From positions 3,892-67,891 of the forward strand of contig JACZYD010000001.1 of the NCBI GenBank assembly GCA_022571255.1: a stretch of DNA of 64,000 bases, in the 5' to 3' direction. Below the pieces are notes generated by a model. The model searched no databases and was not told the origin of the DNA. It worked only from the letters and a program-made list of their open reading frames with translations. The DNA comes from Bacteroidota bacterium (GTDB lineage: Bacteria > Bacteroidota > Rhodothermia > Rhodothermales > UBA10348). This document shows, piece by piece, positions 19,007 to 29,681 of the stretch (the stretch's first letter is position 1; every line of letters starts with the position of its first letter). The translations under genes and the position numbers were made by a program.

Positions 19007-19158
19007 TTTCGATCCGGTCCTTTAAAATTCCTCGTTTCTTTGCGATCCTGAGCGCTCTCATGCCGTTCGAAGCACGCTGAATCCGAATAATCTCCGTATT
19101 TTTTGTGCTCGTTCAGTTCACGTCCCGACAGCAATTCAAGCAACATCTACCCGAATAA

Positions 19159-20661
<1,503 letters not shown>

Positions 20662-20703
20662 GCGAGCGCGCCTTCGCGATCAACCATTAACGGTCAGCAT
20701 GAT

Positions 20704-21117
20704 ATGAGCAATCTCATCGTAGAAATAGTTTCTCCGGCTGGAAAAGTATTCACCGGTGAAGCGACGGGCATTCAAGCGCCGGGTGTCAGTGGTTCGTTCG
20801 AGGTACTTCGGAACCATGCTCCGATGATCGCTGCGTTCGAGGTTGGCACATTGCGGGTCACGATTCCCTCGGGAGAGAGTATCAAGTTCGCCACATCCGG
20901 CGGATTTCTGGAGGTGTTGAACAATACGGTTTCCGTGCTTGCCGAGAGTGCCGAACTGCTGTCTGAAATCGATCTGGATCGCGCCCGGAAATCGGAAGAG
21001 AGAGCGAAGACTATACTCGCCCAAGCGGGCGAAACGCTGGAACGCGAAAGTGCTGTGGCTGCACTTGAACGCGCCAGAAACCGCGTACGGGCTGCTATGG
21101 GCCATGTCGGATCCTGA
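20704..21117 (+). CDS. atpC: F0F1 ATP synthase subunit epsilon
   Basis: 137 aa immediately after atpD. The N-terminal beta-sandwich / C-terminal helical pattern is typical of epsilon. Confidence 0.85.
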   Translation: MSNLIVEIVSPAGKVFTGEATGIQAPGVSGSFEVLRNHAPMIAAFEVGTLRVTIPSGESIKFATSGGFLEVLNNTVSVLAESAELLSEIDLDRARKSEERAKTILAQAGETLERESAVAALERARNRVRAAMGHVGS

Positions 21118-22285
21118 AAGAATATCTGATCTCGCTACGCCCTGTTTTCTGGTCGACCGTGTGCGGTTGAGCCGAAACCTGGAGGCCATGCAGCAGAAAG
21201 CCGACCAAAACAGCGTCAGGCTTCGACCGCATACAAAAACACACAAATCGGTTTCGCTTGCGCGCGAACAGCTGGATCTTGGCGCAAGGGGCATTACGGT
21301 GGCAAAAGTCGGCGAGGCCGAGGTCTACTCAGAGGCCGGGTTTGACGATATTCGCATCGCATACATCCTCGTCGGTGACGATAAATTTGCGCATGTTGCG
21401 AAGCTCCACGAGAAATCGCGGATCTCTTTTTGCGTGGACACGCTGGAGGGAGCCCGCGCTGCGTCCGGCTATTTCGCAGACCGGGATCTTACCGCCGAAG
21501 TCCTTATAGAAATAGACTGCGGATACGGAAGATGTGGTGTTCCGTGGGACCGGGAAGACAGTATCCTGTTTGTGCGCGCAGTGTCTGAAATGCCAGGACT
21601 CTCGATTTGCGGAATCCTGACCCATGCAGGCGATGCGTACAATGGCCCATCGAGCGCAGAGCAGACACAGGAAGAAGCCCTGCGTGATGCATCAGAGAGG
21701 GAGCGTGACCGGATGATTTCGTTTGCCGGGAAACTGGCCGCGGCGGGTATCATCCACGCCGATTCCGGATTCGAAATCAGCATTGGCTCCACGCCGTCGA
21801 TGCGCTATTTCGAGAACGCGTGGAACGACGGATTTTCGATCACGGAAATTCGCCCGGGCAATTACGTCTTTAACGACTGCATTCAGCTTGGTTTGAAGGT
21901 AGCGGACTGGTCTGAATGTGCGTTGACCGTGCTGACGACAGTCATCAGCAAGCGCCGCGATCCCAATGGCACCGAACGCCTGTTTCTGGATGCCGGGAAA
22001 AAGGTATTTACCTCAGACATCGCCCCGGGGATGGAAGGGTATGGAGCCATTCTATATAATTCTCGGACGATGGAACCGCTCCCGCACGCCGTTATTTCGA
22101 GTCTCTCTGAGGAGCACGGTTGGGTCAGGGTACCCGGTGGATCGACGCTCAGCGTAGGTGATCGCATTCGGGTCATTCCGAACCACGCCTGTGTTGCGCT
22201 CAACACCCAGCACGTATTCTTCGTCGTAGAAGGTGACGAAATTGTGGATACATGGCACGTGGATGCCCGGGGCAGGGTGGCTTAG
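21104..22285 (+). CDS. PLP-dependent D-serine dehydratase-like / D-threonine aldolase family protein (alanine racemase N-terminal fold)
   Basis: TPCFLVDRVRLSRNLEAMQ...VRLRPHTKTHKS (PLP lysine context) ...ITVAKVGEAE, with a C-terminal D-serine-dehydratase-like domain. I prefer the ATG at 21104 to the 20939 ORF-track start. Confidence 0.75.
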   Translation: MSDPERISDLATPCFLVDRVRLSRNLEAMQQKADQNSVRLRPHTKTHKSVSLAREQLDLGARGITVAKVGEAEVYSEAGFDDIRIAYILVGDDKFAHVAKLHEKSRISFCVDTLEGARAASGYFADRDLTAEVLIEIDCGYGRCGVPWDREDSILFVRAVSEMPGLSICGILTHAGDAYNGPSSAEQTQEEALRDASERERDRMISFAGKLAAAGIIHADSGFEISIGSTPSMRYFENAWNDGFSITEIRPGNYVFNDCIQLGLKVADWSECALTVLTTVISKRRDPNGTERLFLDAGKKVFTSDIAPGMEGYGAILYNSRTMEPLPHAVISSLSEEHGWVRVPGGSTLSVGDRIRVIPNHACVALNTQHVFFVVEGDEIVDTWHVDARGRVA

Positions 22286-22924
22286 AGCCCTTCGAGAGCC
22301 CTCGAAGAACGAGCCTGTTCTGCGAGCCTCCTCGGCCCCCTGTACGACCATAAAGGATTCGACATAAAAAACTTCGCAGGCCCGGCTGCCGGTGTCGTCC
22401 CGAGACATCGAACTGGTCCACGTCCATCCGTCAGAAGCACGCACGCGAACAAGGAAACCACTCAGGTGAACGACCTGGCCTTTGAATACGTTCTCAAGTT
22501 CGTTCGCCAGCGTTTCGTTGGCCGGGATAATATGCATGTTTGCCGTATGCTTTATGATTTCCCTCTTCGGCATAGGCAGTTCGCTCGTTTTCCAGTGCAT
22601 CCAGCGCGCGCGCTGCGAGATGGTAAAGTGATGCAGGAAAACTTCATCCGACATATCGCCCCACCCCAGCGCAAAATCGAGCGGAGACAGTTCAGATTCC
22701 CGTCCGGAGGAATAGCTGCGAGTCGAAAGTACGCGGGCCGTAATATCGAATTCAGCCAGCGTGGTGAGTTCGTATCCGTTCAGCTCAATAGTGGTTTTTT
22801 CGGCCAAGTTGGTTTGCGATGGTTCGTCCGGGGCTACCGCGCCCGGACCATAGGTCACCGCCTTTTCCGGATAGAACAGATAGAGTCCTGCCAGAAGGCT
22901 GAGTATGAATACACCACTTTTCAA
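22052..22924 (-). CDS. Membrane-anchored hypothetical protein with a C-terminal tail antisense to the neighbouring gene
   Basis: N-terminal TM anchor (MKSGVFILSLLAGLYLF). The conserved-looking core is LDFALGWGDMSD...ANMHIIPA...LSGFLVRVRASDGWTWTSSMSRDDTGSRACEVFYVES. The frame then continues about 85 aa further and overlaps the 3' end of the convergent gene. Confidence 0.55.
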   Translation of the reverse strand: MKSGVFILSLLAGLYLFYPEKAVTYGPGAVAPDEPSQTNLAEKTTIELNGYELTTLAEFDITARVLSTRSYSSGRESELSPLDFALGWGDMSDEVFLHHFTISQRARWMHWKTSELPMPKREIIKHTANMHIIPANETLANELENVFKGQVVHLSGFLVRVRASDGWTWTSSMSRDDTGSRACEVFYVESFMVVQGAEEARRTGSFFEGSRRALSHPAPGIHVPCIHNFVTFYDEEYVLGVERNTGVVRNDPNAITYAERRSTGYPDPTVLLRETRNNGVRERFHRPRII

Positions 22925-23386
22925 TCAGAAACACCGAGTACCTGATTCTGAATTTCAGTTTGCTCAGTGTTTCGGCTGAAACAGTCGAATCATAAAAGCC
23001 GGGAATCAAAAACCAGCCTTTTTCATCTCAAGACCGTGCGTTCGGACACGGATTTCGATCAGGACCCGTCAGCGCGGCGGGCATCGAGCCCGGAATCTAT
23101 TTTCTGAGAGACGAAGGGACGGGATTCACGACGAGTCTGGTCATCGCGAGATAAGAAAACTGAAACGAGATAATAAAGCGTTACACGATCGCCGTTATTG
23201 CACTTTTTTAGGTGGGTTTTATCACACAAGCGATCCTTGTTCGAATTTGTTGGCAGGGAGCCTGCCGCGTTCAACGGAGAATGATGAAATCATGATTGCC
23301 ATCCTCGGCACGTGTGTCGCTACTAATTTCGTTGGTCTTGTGCCCATCTGACTATGTCTTGGTTTCGGTTATCCGGCCAGGAAAAA

Positions 23387-23851
23387 CTATTGACGCTGAT
23401 CAACGTTTGTTTTACCCTTCACATTCTCGTAGAGCTTAATCCAGCTTTCGAGACTGTGTGAGGCCACGTATTCGCCGATCAATTCGAGGGGGAGATTTTC
23501 GAGTTTCTTAAAACGAACACACGATTTTCCTACGTCGTATCGTTTTCCTGTGGCTTTGTATTTTACTTTAAATGTTTCTGTCGCAACGGGATCTGAATAA
23601 ATGCAGTGCAGATAGACTGCCATATGATTCTTCTGCGAGGCGAGCGCTGCATATATCAGCGGTTGACCGTTGTAGGTGTCGGGATATACCTCAAGAGGGA
23701 CCTCGTACGATATCATGCCCCAGTTCATTTTTTCATGGAAACCCTTATCCAGATTTGCCAGAATTGTTTGACGGACGACGGAAAGCGCCTGAGACCGCTC
23801 ATCGGGCAATTCGGCGAGATACTCTTCTACGGTTGTTGCTTCTGATCGCAT
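23387..23851 (-). CDS. DUF1801 (YdhG-like) domain protein
   Basis: TVEEYLAELPDERSQALSVVRQTI...KMNWGMISYE...HMAVYLHCIY pattern. I prefer the ATG at 23851 to the ORF-track start at 23977. Confidence 0.7.
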   Translation of the reverse strand: MRSEATTVEEYLAELPDERSQALSVVRQTILANLDKGFHEKMNWGMISYEVPLEVYPDTYNGQPLIYAALASQKNHMAVYLHCIYSDPVATETFKVKYKATGKRYDVGKSCVRFKKLENLPLELIGEYVASHSLESWIKLYENVKGKTNVDQRQ

Positions 23852-24059
23852 ATTCGGGTTGTTTTTGATGCAGGATTGATATCTGGACCAGCTCGAGTAC
23901 GGATGTTTGAAACCGCAGTTTCCCGGATTGCGTACAGCCGTTGCGAGCAAGCCATATCGCCGGGTCGGAATTGCCAACCCGGGCCAGTTTACACGTTCTG
24001 AAAACGACCTGTGGAGGCACGCGACAGGACCAGTACCACGTCACCCTGCCCAGATCGAA

Positions 24060-25826
24060 ATGATACAGATGTACCGATTGTACGCTGCGATACTGACCAT
24101 TGTAATTGTTTGTGCCGGTTGTGCCTCGGCGCAGAATGATTCTGCATCTGCGAAGAATGCCGCATTACATGGGATCTTCGCCACCTATTATCAATCCTGG
24201 CTGATGCTGAACCCGGTTGAAGCCACGGGGCTCGGCATTCATGATTACGATCATCTCTTGCCCGTAGACATCTCCGAATCGCACCGGGCAGCGGTCAGAA
24301 TGCTGTCGGCCTCAACGCTTGATGATCTCGCCGCCTTCGAGCGTAAAGGGCTGAGCAAAGCGGACCATCTCAACTACGATATTCTGAAGTGGACGCTGCT
24401 GACCACGCTGCGCCTGCTCGAACACGATGATCATCTGATGCCGGTCAATCAGATGTTTTCGATGCCCGTCGAATTCGCCCAACTCGGCTCGGGCGACGGC
24501 GTCCATCCATTTGAGACCTCGCGCGATTATCAGAATTTCATCGGTCGGATGCGCGGGTTTGCGCTCTGGGTGGATACGGCCATCGCGAACATGCGGCGGG
24601 GCGTTGAAAACGGGATTGTGCTTCCGGCCGTTATCGTCAGACGGGTCCTTCCGCAGCTCCGGTCAATTGCAGAAACGCACACAGAAGAAAGCATTTTTGC
24701 GCGGCCACTACAAAATCTTGATGCAGATGAATCTGATGATCAGGACCTTGAGCGTCAATATCTGGCTGAAATACGGGAGACCGTGTTACCCGCCTACGCA
24801 CGGCTCCTGGATTACATGGAGAACGAATACCTGTCTGCGGCGCGTTCGACCGATGGGCTGGGAGACATTCCCGGCGGAGCGGACATGTACCGGGAATTGA
24901 TCCGGTACTGGACGACCACGGACATGAGCGCTGAGGATATTCATAACCTTGGTCTTGCAGAAGTGTCCAGAATCCGAGCGGGAATGAATGCGATCAAGAA
25001 GGAGACCGGATTCGATGGTTCGCTGGAAGATTTTGTCAGGCAGTTTTATCAGGACGATCGAATGACGCCTTTTCACAGCGTGGATGGCATTCTGCAGGCA
25101 TACGCCGCACTCGAAAATAAAATGGATCCGTACCTGGACCGGCTGTTCAGGCTGCGACCCATTACGCCTTTTGAAGTGCGGCAGATCGACGGATTTCGTG
25201 CCGCATCATCGAGTGCGCATTACCAGCGTGGCGCTCCGGACGGTTCGCGTCCCGGTATTTTCTACGTTCCGATATTCGATCCCGAGCAGTTCAGCGTGAT
25301 GGGAATGGAATCGTTGTTTGCACATGAAGCGATTCCGGGTCACCATTATCAGATCTCTTTGCAGCAGGAATCAAGCGACCTTCCGGATTTCCGGAATGCG
25401 ATATATTTTGCGGCCTACACGGAAGGGTGGGCGCTTTATACCGAAAGTCTGGGATCGGAGCTCGGGTTGTACAACGAGGCCTATTCGGACATTGCCAGGC
25501 TGAATTCGGAGTTGTTTCGCGCTGTGAGACTGGTCGTCGACACGGGTTTACATGCCAAAGGCTGGTCGCGGGAAGAGGCGATTGAATATATGGTTCGCTC
25601 TCTGCCCGGTTGGAATCGTCGTGGTGCCGCCAACCAGATCGAACGTTATATGGTGATGCCAGCGCAGGCCCTGTCGTACAAACTGGGCGAACTGGCTATC
25701 CGGCAATTGCGCGATGATTTGAAAATAAAACGGGGAGATGCATTTGATATTCGCGACTTTCACGACCAGATTCTGCTGGGAGGATCGATGCCGCTCTCGA
25801 TTCTGAACCGCGCGATGTTGGAGTAA
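24060..25826 (+). CDS. DUF885 family lipoprotein (metallopeptidase-like HExxH-related motif)
   Basis: Signal peptide with the lipobox VCAGC after the ATG at 24060. HEAIPGHHYQ motif and a length typical of DUF885. Confidence 0.8.
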   Translation: MIQMYRLYAAILTIVIVCAGCASAQNDSASAKNAALHGIFATYYQSWLMLNPVEATGLGIHDYDHLLPVDISESHRAAVRMLSASTLDDLAAFERKGLSKADHLNYDILKWTLLTTLRLLEHDDHLMPVNQMFSMPVEFAQLGSGDGVHPFETSRDYQNFIGRMRGFALWVDTAIANMRRGVENGIVLPAVIVRRVLPQLRSIAETHTEESIFARPLQNLDADESDDQDLERQYLAEIRETVLPAYARLLDYMENEYLSAARSTDGLGDIPGGADMYRELIRYWTTTDMSAEDIHNLGLAEVSRIRAGMNAIKKETGFDGSLEDFVRQFYQDDRMTPFHSVDGILQAYAALENKMDPYLDRLFRLRPITPFEVRQIDGFRAASSSAHYQRGAPDGSRPGIFYVPIFDPEQFSVMGMESLFAHEAIPGHHYQISLQQESSDLPDFRNAIYFAAYTEGWALYTESLGSELGLYNEAYSDIARLNSELFRAVRLVVDTGLHAKGWSREEAIEYMVRSLPGWNRRGAANQIERYMVMPAQALSYKLGELAIRQLRDDLKIKRGDAFDIRDFHDQILLGGSMPLSILNRAMLE

Positions 25827-25871
25827 TCGAGGCTGGGGTAGGCGATGCTGGAGTAATCGAGGCTGGAATAA
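25812..25871. repeat. 2 x 30-bp tandem duplication spanning the DUF885 stop codon
   Basis: GCGATGTTGGAGTAATCGAGGCTGGGGTAG is followed by GCGATGCTGGAGTAATCGAGGCTGGAATAA. The first copy contains the last codons and the TAA of the gene. Confidence 0.85.
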
Positions 25872-25875
25872 AGCC

Positions 25876-26541
25876 TTAAAAACCGGTTTTTCCGTTAGCG
25901 GCGGCTTCCGGTTCTGAAGAACGAAGCTGAGGCAGCAATTTGCCCGTGCGGGCCATATACTCTTTGTAGTCTTCGCCAAAACGTTCGAGCAATTCGGCTT
26001 CTTCCTGGGGTATCACCAGGCGGTAAATTCCCGCCCAGGTAATCAGGGTAAACAGGATGATAAACGCATTTTCAGCGCCGACTCCAGCGCCCATGAACAG
26101 CATCATTCCGTTTGTGTACAGCGGATGCCTGACCCAACGATACGGACCGTGCTGAATGAGTTTCTGTCCGTGCCGTGTATAGATGGTTTCACTGACATTG
26201 TCGCCAAGGCTGCTCATGATCCAGTATCCCATCGGGACGGCAAGAATAACCATCGCAGTGCCCACGCCATGCACCCAGACCGGCAGGTCCAAGTGAGCCC
26301 ATGCCATCCATTCCGGGTGGATCATGTATGCAAAAACGCCCATAAACAGCGGAATAGCAGTTAACAGCCTCGCTAGGATCATGACGATATTTTCATCCGT
26401 GCGATGGATTTCCCGATCGTGCAGCCTGGCTTTGCGCGCTCTGTTACGGTACAGTTTCGAGATCGAAAACGTAATAAACAACGACCCGACGAGTACCCAC
26501 CGGAATTCAAGGCTCAATATTTCCGATATGCCGTCAATCAT
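25876..26541 (-). CDS. Isoprenylcysteine carboxyl methyltransferase (ICMT/PEMT) family membrane methyltransferase
   Basis: Multi-TM protein with the RHPLYTNGMMLFMG motif typical of ICMT-family enzymes. Confidence 0.75.
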   Translation of the reverse strand: MIDGISEILSLEFRWVLVGSLFITFSISKLYRNRARKARLHDREIHRTDENIVMILARLLTAIPLFMGVFAYMIHPEWMAWAHLDLPVWVHGVGTAMVILAVPMGYWIMSSLGDNVSETIYTRHGQKLIQHGPYRWVRHPLYTNGMMLFMGAGVGAENAFIILFTLITWAGIYRLVIPQEEAELLERFGEDYKEYMARTGKLLPQLRSSEPEAAANGKTGF

Positions 26542-26738
26542 TGGACACGGTTTGAAACCGTTGTGACAAGTTCAGTGGGGGTGATTCAGTGGGCCGCAAC
26601 CAGCAATTAAGTACTGCTACGCCTGTATTCCTTAAAAGATGACTCGAACGGGGGGAAAAGAGTGTTGGTGTCATTTAAAACTGTTGGTGTAGTCTGGAAG
26701 CCCGTTCATATCACTTTGTCCTCCAAAACAGTCGTTCG

Positions 26739-27812
26739 TTACATCCGCGCGCACTCGATGGCTTCGAGGGTTTTTGACTCGTCAGTCTGGATGACAAAAT
26801 CACCCCACGTTCCGGACGGGGCCTGCTCAAATGTTTCAATGTCGTCGACCGCCCGCATCAGGATGATCATGGCCGCAGTGCCCGGGCGGTAATATTGTAA
26901 ATGCTCTGGAGTACCGGTGCCCCGCGCGACATGAAACGAACCCACCATGTGCAGGACAAGCGCTTCTGGATTTGCCAGCAGGTATTCACTTATGCGGTAC
27001 GCCATCGATGCATCCCACAAAACCTGGCTGTGCAGCTGGTTGCCCATGTTACCGTGAGCGCCGGCGGGAGGTGCTTGTTTTTCTTCGTCGGTGGCGTTCG
27101 CGGCAGATGGAGTCTCAATCGGTTTGCCGCATTTCATTTGTTCCATTTCCATCACTCCTGTAATAATCTGTATCCATTGATCGCGATACGCCTTGGACGG
27201 CTGACTGTAGGGAAGAGGCGGCAGGAAACTCCGGGCTTCGGATCCCAAGTCGTCCAGGGATTCACGTCCCAGACGGGTTACGCGGTTCGTGTAGCGTCGC
27301 GGAGCATTGGCGGCGATTACAGCAAGACCGTTCTCTTTCGCAAATTCGACGATCGGGCGGTAATCTGTTTTGTACCGGGGCCAAGGCCGACTGTCGGCGA
27401 GGAACGCTTTCTCCGTAATCAGACCCGCCAGGTATTCATCAACGATTCGCTGCGTATCGTTCTGGAAAAATTCGAGCGATACGGCGACTTTTCGTGTGCT
27501 GTTCGCGCTGGTGTCCGACGAAATCTCATAGGCTTTTTTGAGGAGTTCGAACTCCATCATGTGGCCCGTTGGATCGTCGTGTGTCTCACCTACAAATACA
27601 ACCTGACTGCGGCTCATCGCCATGGCGATGTCTTCCATGGTTGCGGGTTCGCCGCGACCCGTGTAAATCCGGTATTCCCCGGGCACATACAGCGAATCGC
27701 CGAGGTCCGGCGACGAATCCTGTGCGCGCGATGATCCGGTAACGGCGACGAAGAATAAGAAAACAGCCGTGAGAGGGACCAATACGGTGCCTGGAAAAAG
27801 GTGGGTTTTCAT
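26739..27812 (-). CDS. ChaN-family (haem-binding uptake, Tiki superfamily) periplasmic protein
   Basis: Signal peptide, then VVFVGETHDDPTGHMMEFELL and later GSFHV, typical of the ChaN/PF04187 family. Confidence 0.7.
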   Translation of the reverse strand: MKTHLFPGTVLVPLTAVFLFFVAVTGSSRAQDSSPDLGDSLYVPGEYRIYTGRGEPATMEDIAMAMSRSQVVFVGETHDDPTGHMMEFELLKKAYEISSDTSANSTRKVAVSLEFFQNDTQRIVDEYLAGLITEKAFLADSRPWPRYKTDYRPIVEFAKENGLAVIAANAPRRYTNRVTRLGRESLDDLGSEARSFLPPLPYSQPSKAYRDQWIQIITGVMEMEQMKCGKPIETPSAANATDEEKQAPPAGAHGNMGNQLHSQVLWDASMAYRISEYLLANPEALVLHMVGSFHVARGTGTPEHLQYYRPGTAAMIILMRAVDDIETFEQAPSGTWGDFVIQTDESKTLEAIECARM

Positions 27813-27918
27813 CCGATTTCAGAGTGCAGACTTCTGGATGGTACTTACGCTACGACGTTGTGAATATACGAAAAGGACCATTTTCCGGGAGGAAGGTCGT
27901 ATCCTTTTCAGGCCGATT

Positions 27919-28959
27919 TCAGCCTTGGTCACTTTTCTCAAAAAGATCATTTGCGCGGGGCGGGACGATGCGCCCGAAATGTTTGTACGCGCGCGCCGAT
28001 GCAATACGGCCTCGAGGAGTGCGTTCTATGAATCCTTCCTGAATCAGATAGGGTTCGTAAACTTCTTCGATAGTGTCTGCTTCTTCACCAACCGACACGG
28101 CGAGATTGGTCAGACCCGTCGGGCCGCCGCCAAATTTTTCAATCAGTGTCAGAAGGATTCTTGCGTCCATGTCGTCGAGGCCTTCCTGGTCGACACTCAG
28201 GGCATTCAGCGCATGATCAGCGAGGGGGCGCGTAATGCGTCCGTCACCTTCGACTTCTGCGAAATCTCGTGTGCGTCGAAGCAGTCGGTTCGCAATGCGG
28301 GGGGTTCCACGGCTTCGGCGGGCGATTTCGACCGCACCGTCGTCCGTGATATCTACGCCAAGAATCCCCGCGCTTCGCCGGACAATGTGTGTCAGCAGTT
28401 CACTGGTATAATAATCGTACCTGAAATCTATCCCGAACCGGGCTCGAAGCGGTGAGGTCAGGAGGCCTTTCCGGGTTGTTGCTCCGATCAACGTGAAGGG
28501 AGGGAGAGCGATTTTCACGCTTCGGGCGCTCGGACCCGAATCGATCAGGATATCGATCTGATAGTCCTCCATGGCCGCATACAGATATTCCTCAACCACT
28601 GAGGAGAGGCGATGGATCTCGTCGATGAAAAGCACATCACCTTCGTTGAGGTTCGTAAGGATTCCCGCGATGCTGGCAGGTTTATCGAGCACCGGCCCGG
28701 ACGTGGATTTCATGCTGGCACCCATTTCGCCGGCGATAATATAGGCGAGCGTCGTTTTACCGAGACCGGGAGGACCAGTAAGCAGGACATGATCCAGACA
28801 CTCTCCACGGTGCTGCGCCGCGGTCATGAATATGACCAGGTTATCTTTGATGTTTTGCTGTCCGATGAAGTCTTCGAGCCTCTTCGGGCGAAGGGCACGC
28901 TCGACGTCTGCATCGTCAGAGAGCGGCTCCGGATTGACTTGACCGGGGTGTTCCGGCAT
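27919..28959 (-). CDS. ruvB: Holliday junction branch migration DNA helicase RuvB
   Basis: [12 protein letters not shown]..., Walker [10 protein letters not shown], Walker [10 protein letters not shown] and [13 protein letters not shown]. Confidence 0.95.
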   Translation of the reverse strand: MPEHPGQVNPEPLSDDADVERALRPKRLEDFIGQQNIKDNLVIFMTAAQHRGECLDHVLLTGPPGLGKTTLAYIIAGEMGASMKSTSGPVLDKPASIAGILTNLNEGDVLFIDEIHRLSSVVEEYLYAAMEDYQIDILIDSGPSARSVKIALPPFTLIGATTRKGLLTSPLRARFGIDFRYDYYTSELLTHIVRRSAGILGVDITDDGAVEIARRSRGTPRIANRLLRRTRDFAEVEGDGRITRPLADHALNALSVDQEGLDDMDARILLTLIEKFGGGPTGLTNLAVSVGEEADTIEEVYEPYLIQEGFIERTPRGRIASARAYKHFGRIVPPRANDLFEKSDQG

Positions 28960-29084
28960 GGGATCTGCATAGATTGAAGGAATCGAATAACATACTGATT
29001 TTCGACGACCTTAATCTATGCTGTGAAGCGATTCTGAGTGATATTCGTTTGACAACCAATGGTTTGCACAATAGAATAGGCATC

Positions 29085-29672
29085 ATGTTTGTGGTGGATA
29101 ACATTCTTATTTCCGACGACCTGCTGGAGGCATCTTTCGAGTGCAATCCGGGTGCCTGTCTGGGTGCCTGCTGCGTGCAGGGGGACTCCGGTGCACCACT
29201 GGAACCGGCAGAAAAAAAGCAGGTGGAAGCGGTGCTTTCCGTCGTTCGCGAAAAACTGCGACCCGAAGCGCTGGACGTGATCAGGTCGCGAGGAGTATGG
29301 GAGAAGACGTCCACCGGTGAATTTGCCACAACTTGTGTCGGGACGTCGGAATGTGTTTTTGTACGTTACGACGGCCCTGTGGCCAGATGTTCTATCCAAG
29401 AGGCCTATAACGCCGGGAAGACCACTTTCGAAAAGCCGATCTCCTGTCATTTGTATCCGATTCGCGTCACTGATCTTGGAGATTTTGACGCCCTGAACTA
29501 CGAAAAAATTGAGATTTGTAAGCCTGGAGTAACATCAGGCGTAAAGCATAACACATTTCTGTCCGATTACTCAGAAAAACCACTTGTTCGTAAATACGGA
29601 TCAGACTGGTACGCTCGTTTCAGGGAAGCCTGTAACAAACGTCGCCTCGTCTTCCTGGAAACAAGGCCATAA
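29085..29672 (+). CDS. DUF3109 family Cys-rich protein
   Basis: LISDDLLEASFECNPGACLGACCVQGDSGAPLEPAE matches the N-terminal signature I associate with DUF3109. I prefer the ATG at 29085 to the ORF-track start at 28974. Confidence 0.65.
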   Translation: MFVVDNILISDDLLEASFECNPGACLGACCVQGDSGAPLEPAEKKQVEAVLSVVREKLRPEALDVIRSRGVWEKTSTGEFATTCVGTSECVFVRYDGPVARCSIQEAYNAGKTTFEKPISCHLYPIRVTDLGDFDALNYEKIEICKPGVTSGVKHNTFLSDYSEKPLVRKYGSDWYARFREACNKRRLVFLETRP

Positions 29673-29681
29673 CCGCTAAGC

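Noticed and set aside
18750-19061. A 103-aa minus-strand ORF with a repeated RCATGHKRPAPSVTDPVRH motif.
   Set aside because: It is simply the translation of the 23-bp tandem array. The period is not a multiple of 3, so the apparent peptide repeat is a by-product. There is no start context and no family.
23251-23265. TGGCAGGGAGCCTGC as a sigma-54 promoter.
   Set aside because: It is itself a GGCAGG-GAG-CCTGCC hairpin, has two consensus mismatches, and would fire antisense into the DUF1801 gene with no plus-strand target.
22925-23386. The 460-bp intergenic region, examined for tmRNA, RNase P, SRP or other structured RNA.
   Set aside because: None of the conserved cores I know were seen (GAGGAAAGTCC for RNase P, a tRNA-like TCCACCA end, the SRP GGAA/AGCA motif). 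Only short weak hairpins are present. An Rfam scan would be needed to exclude ncRNA.
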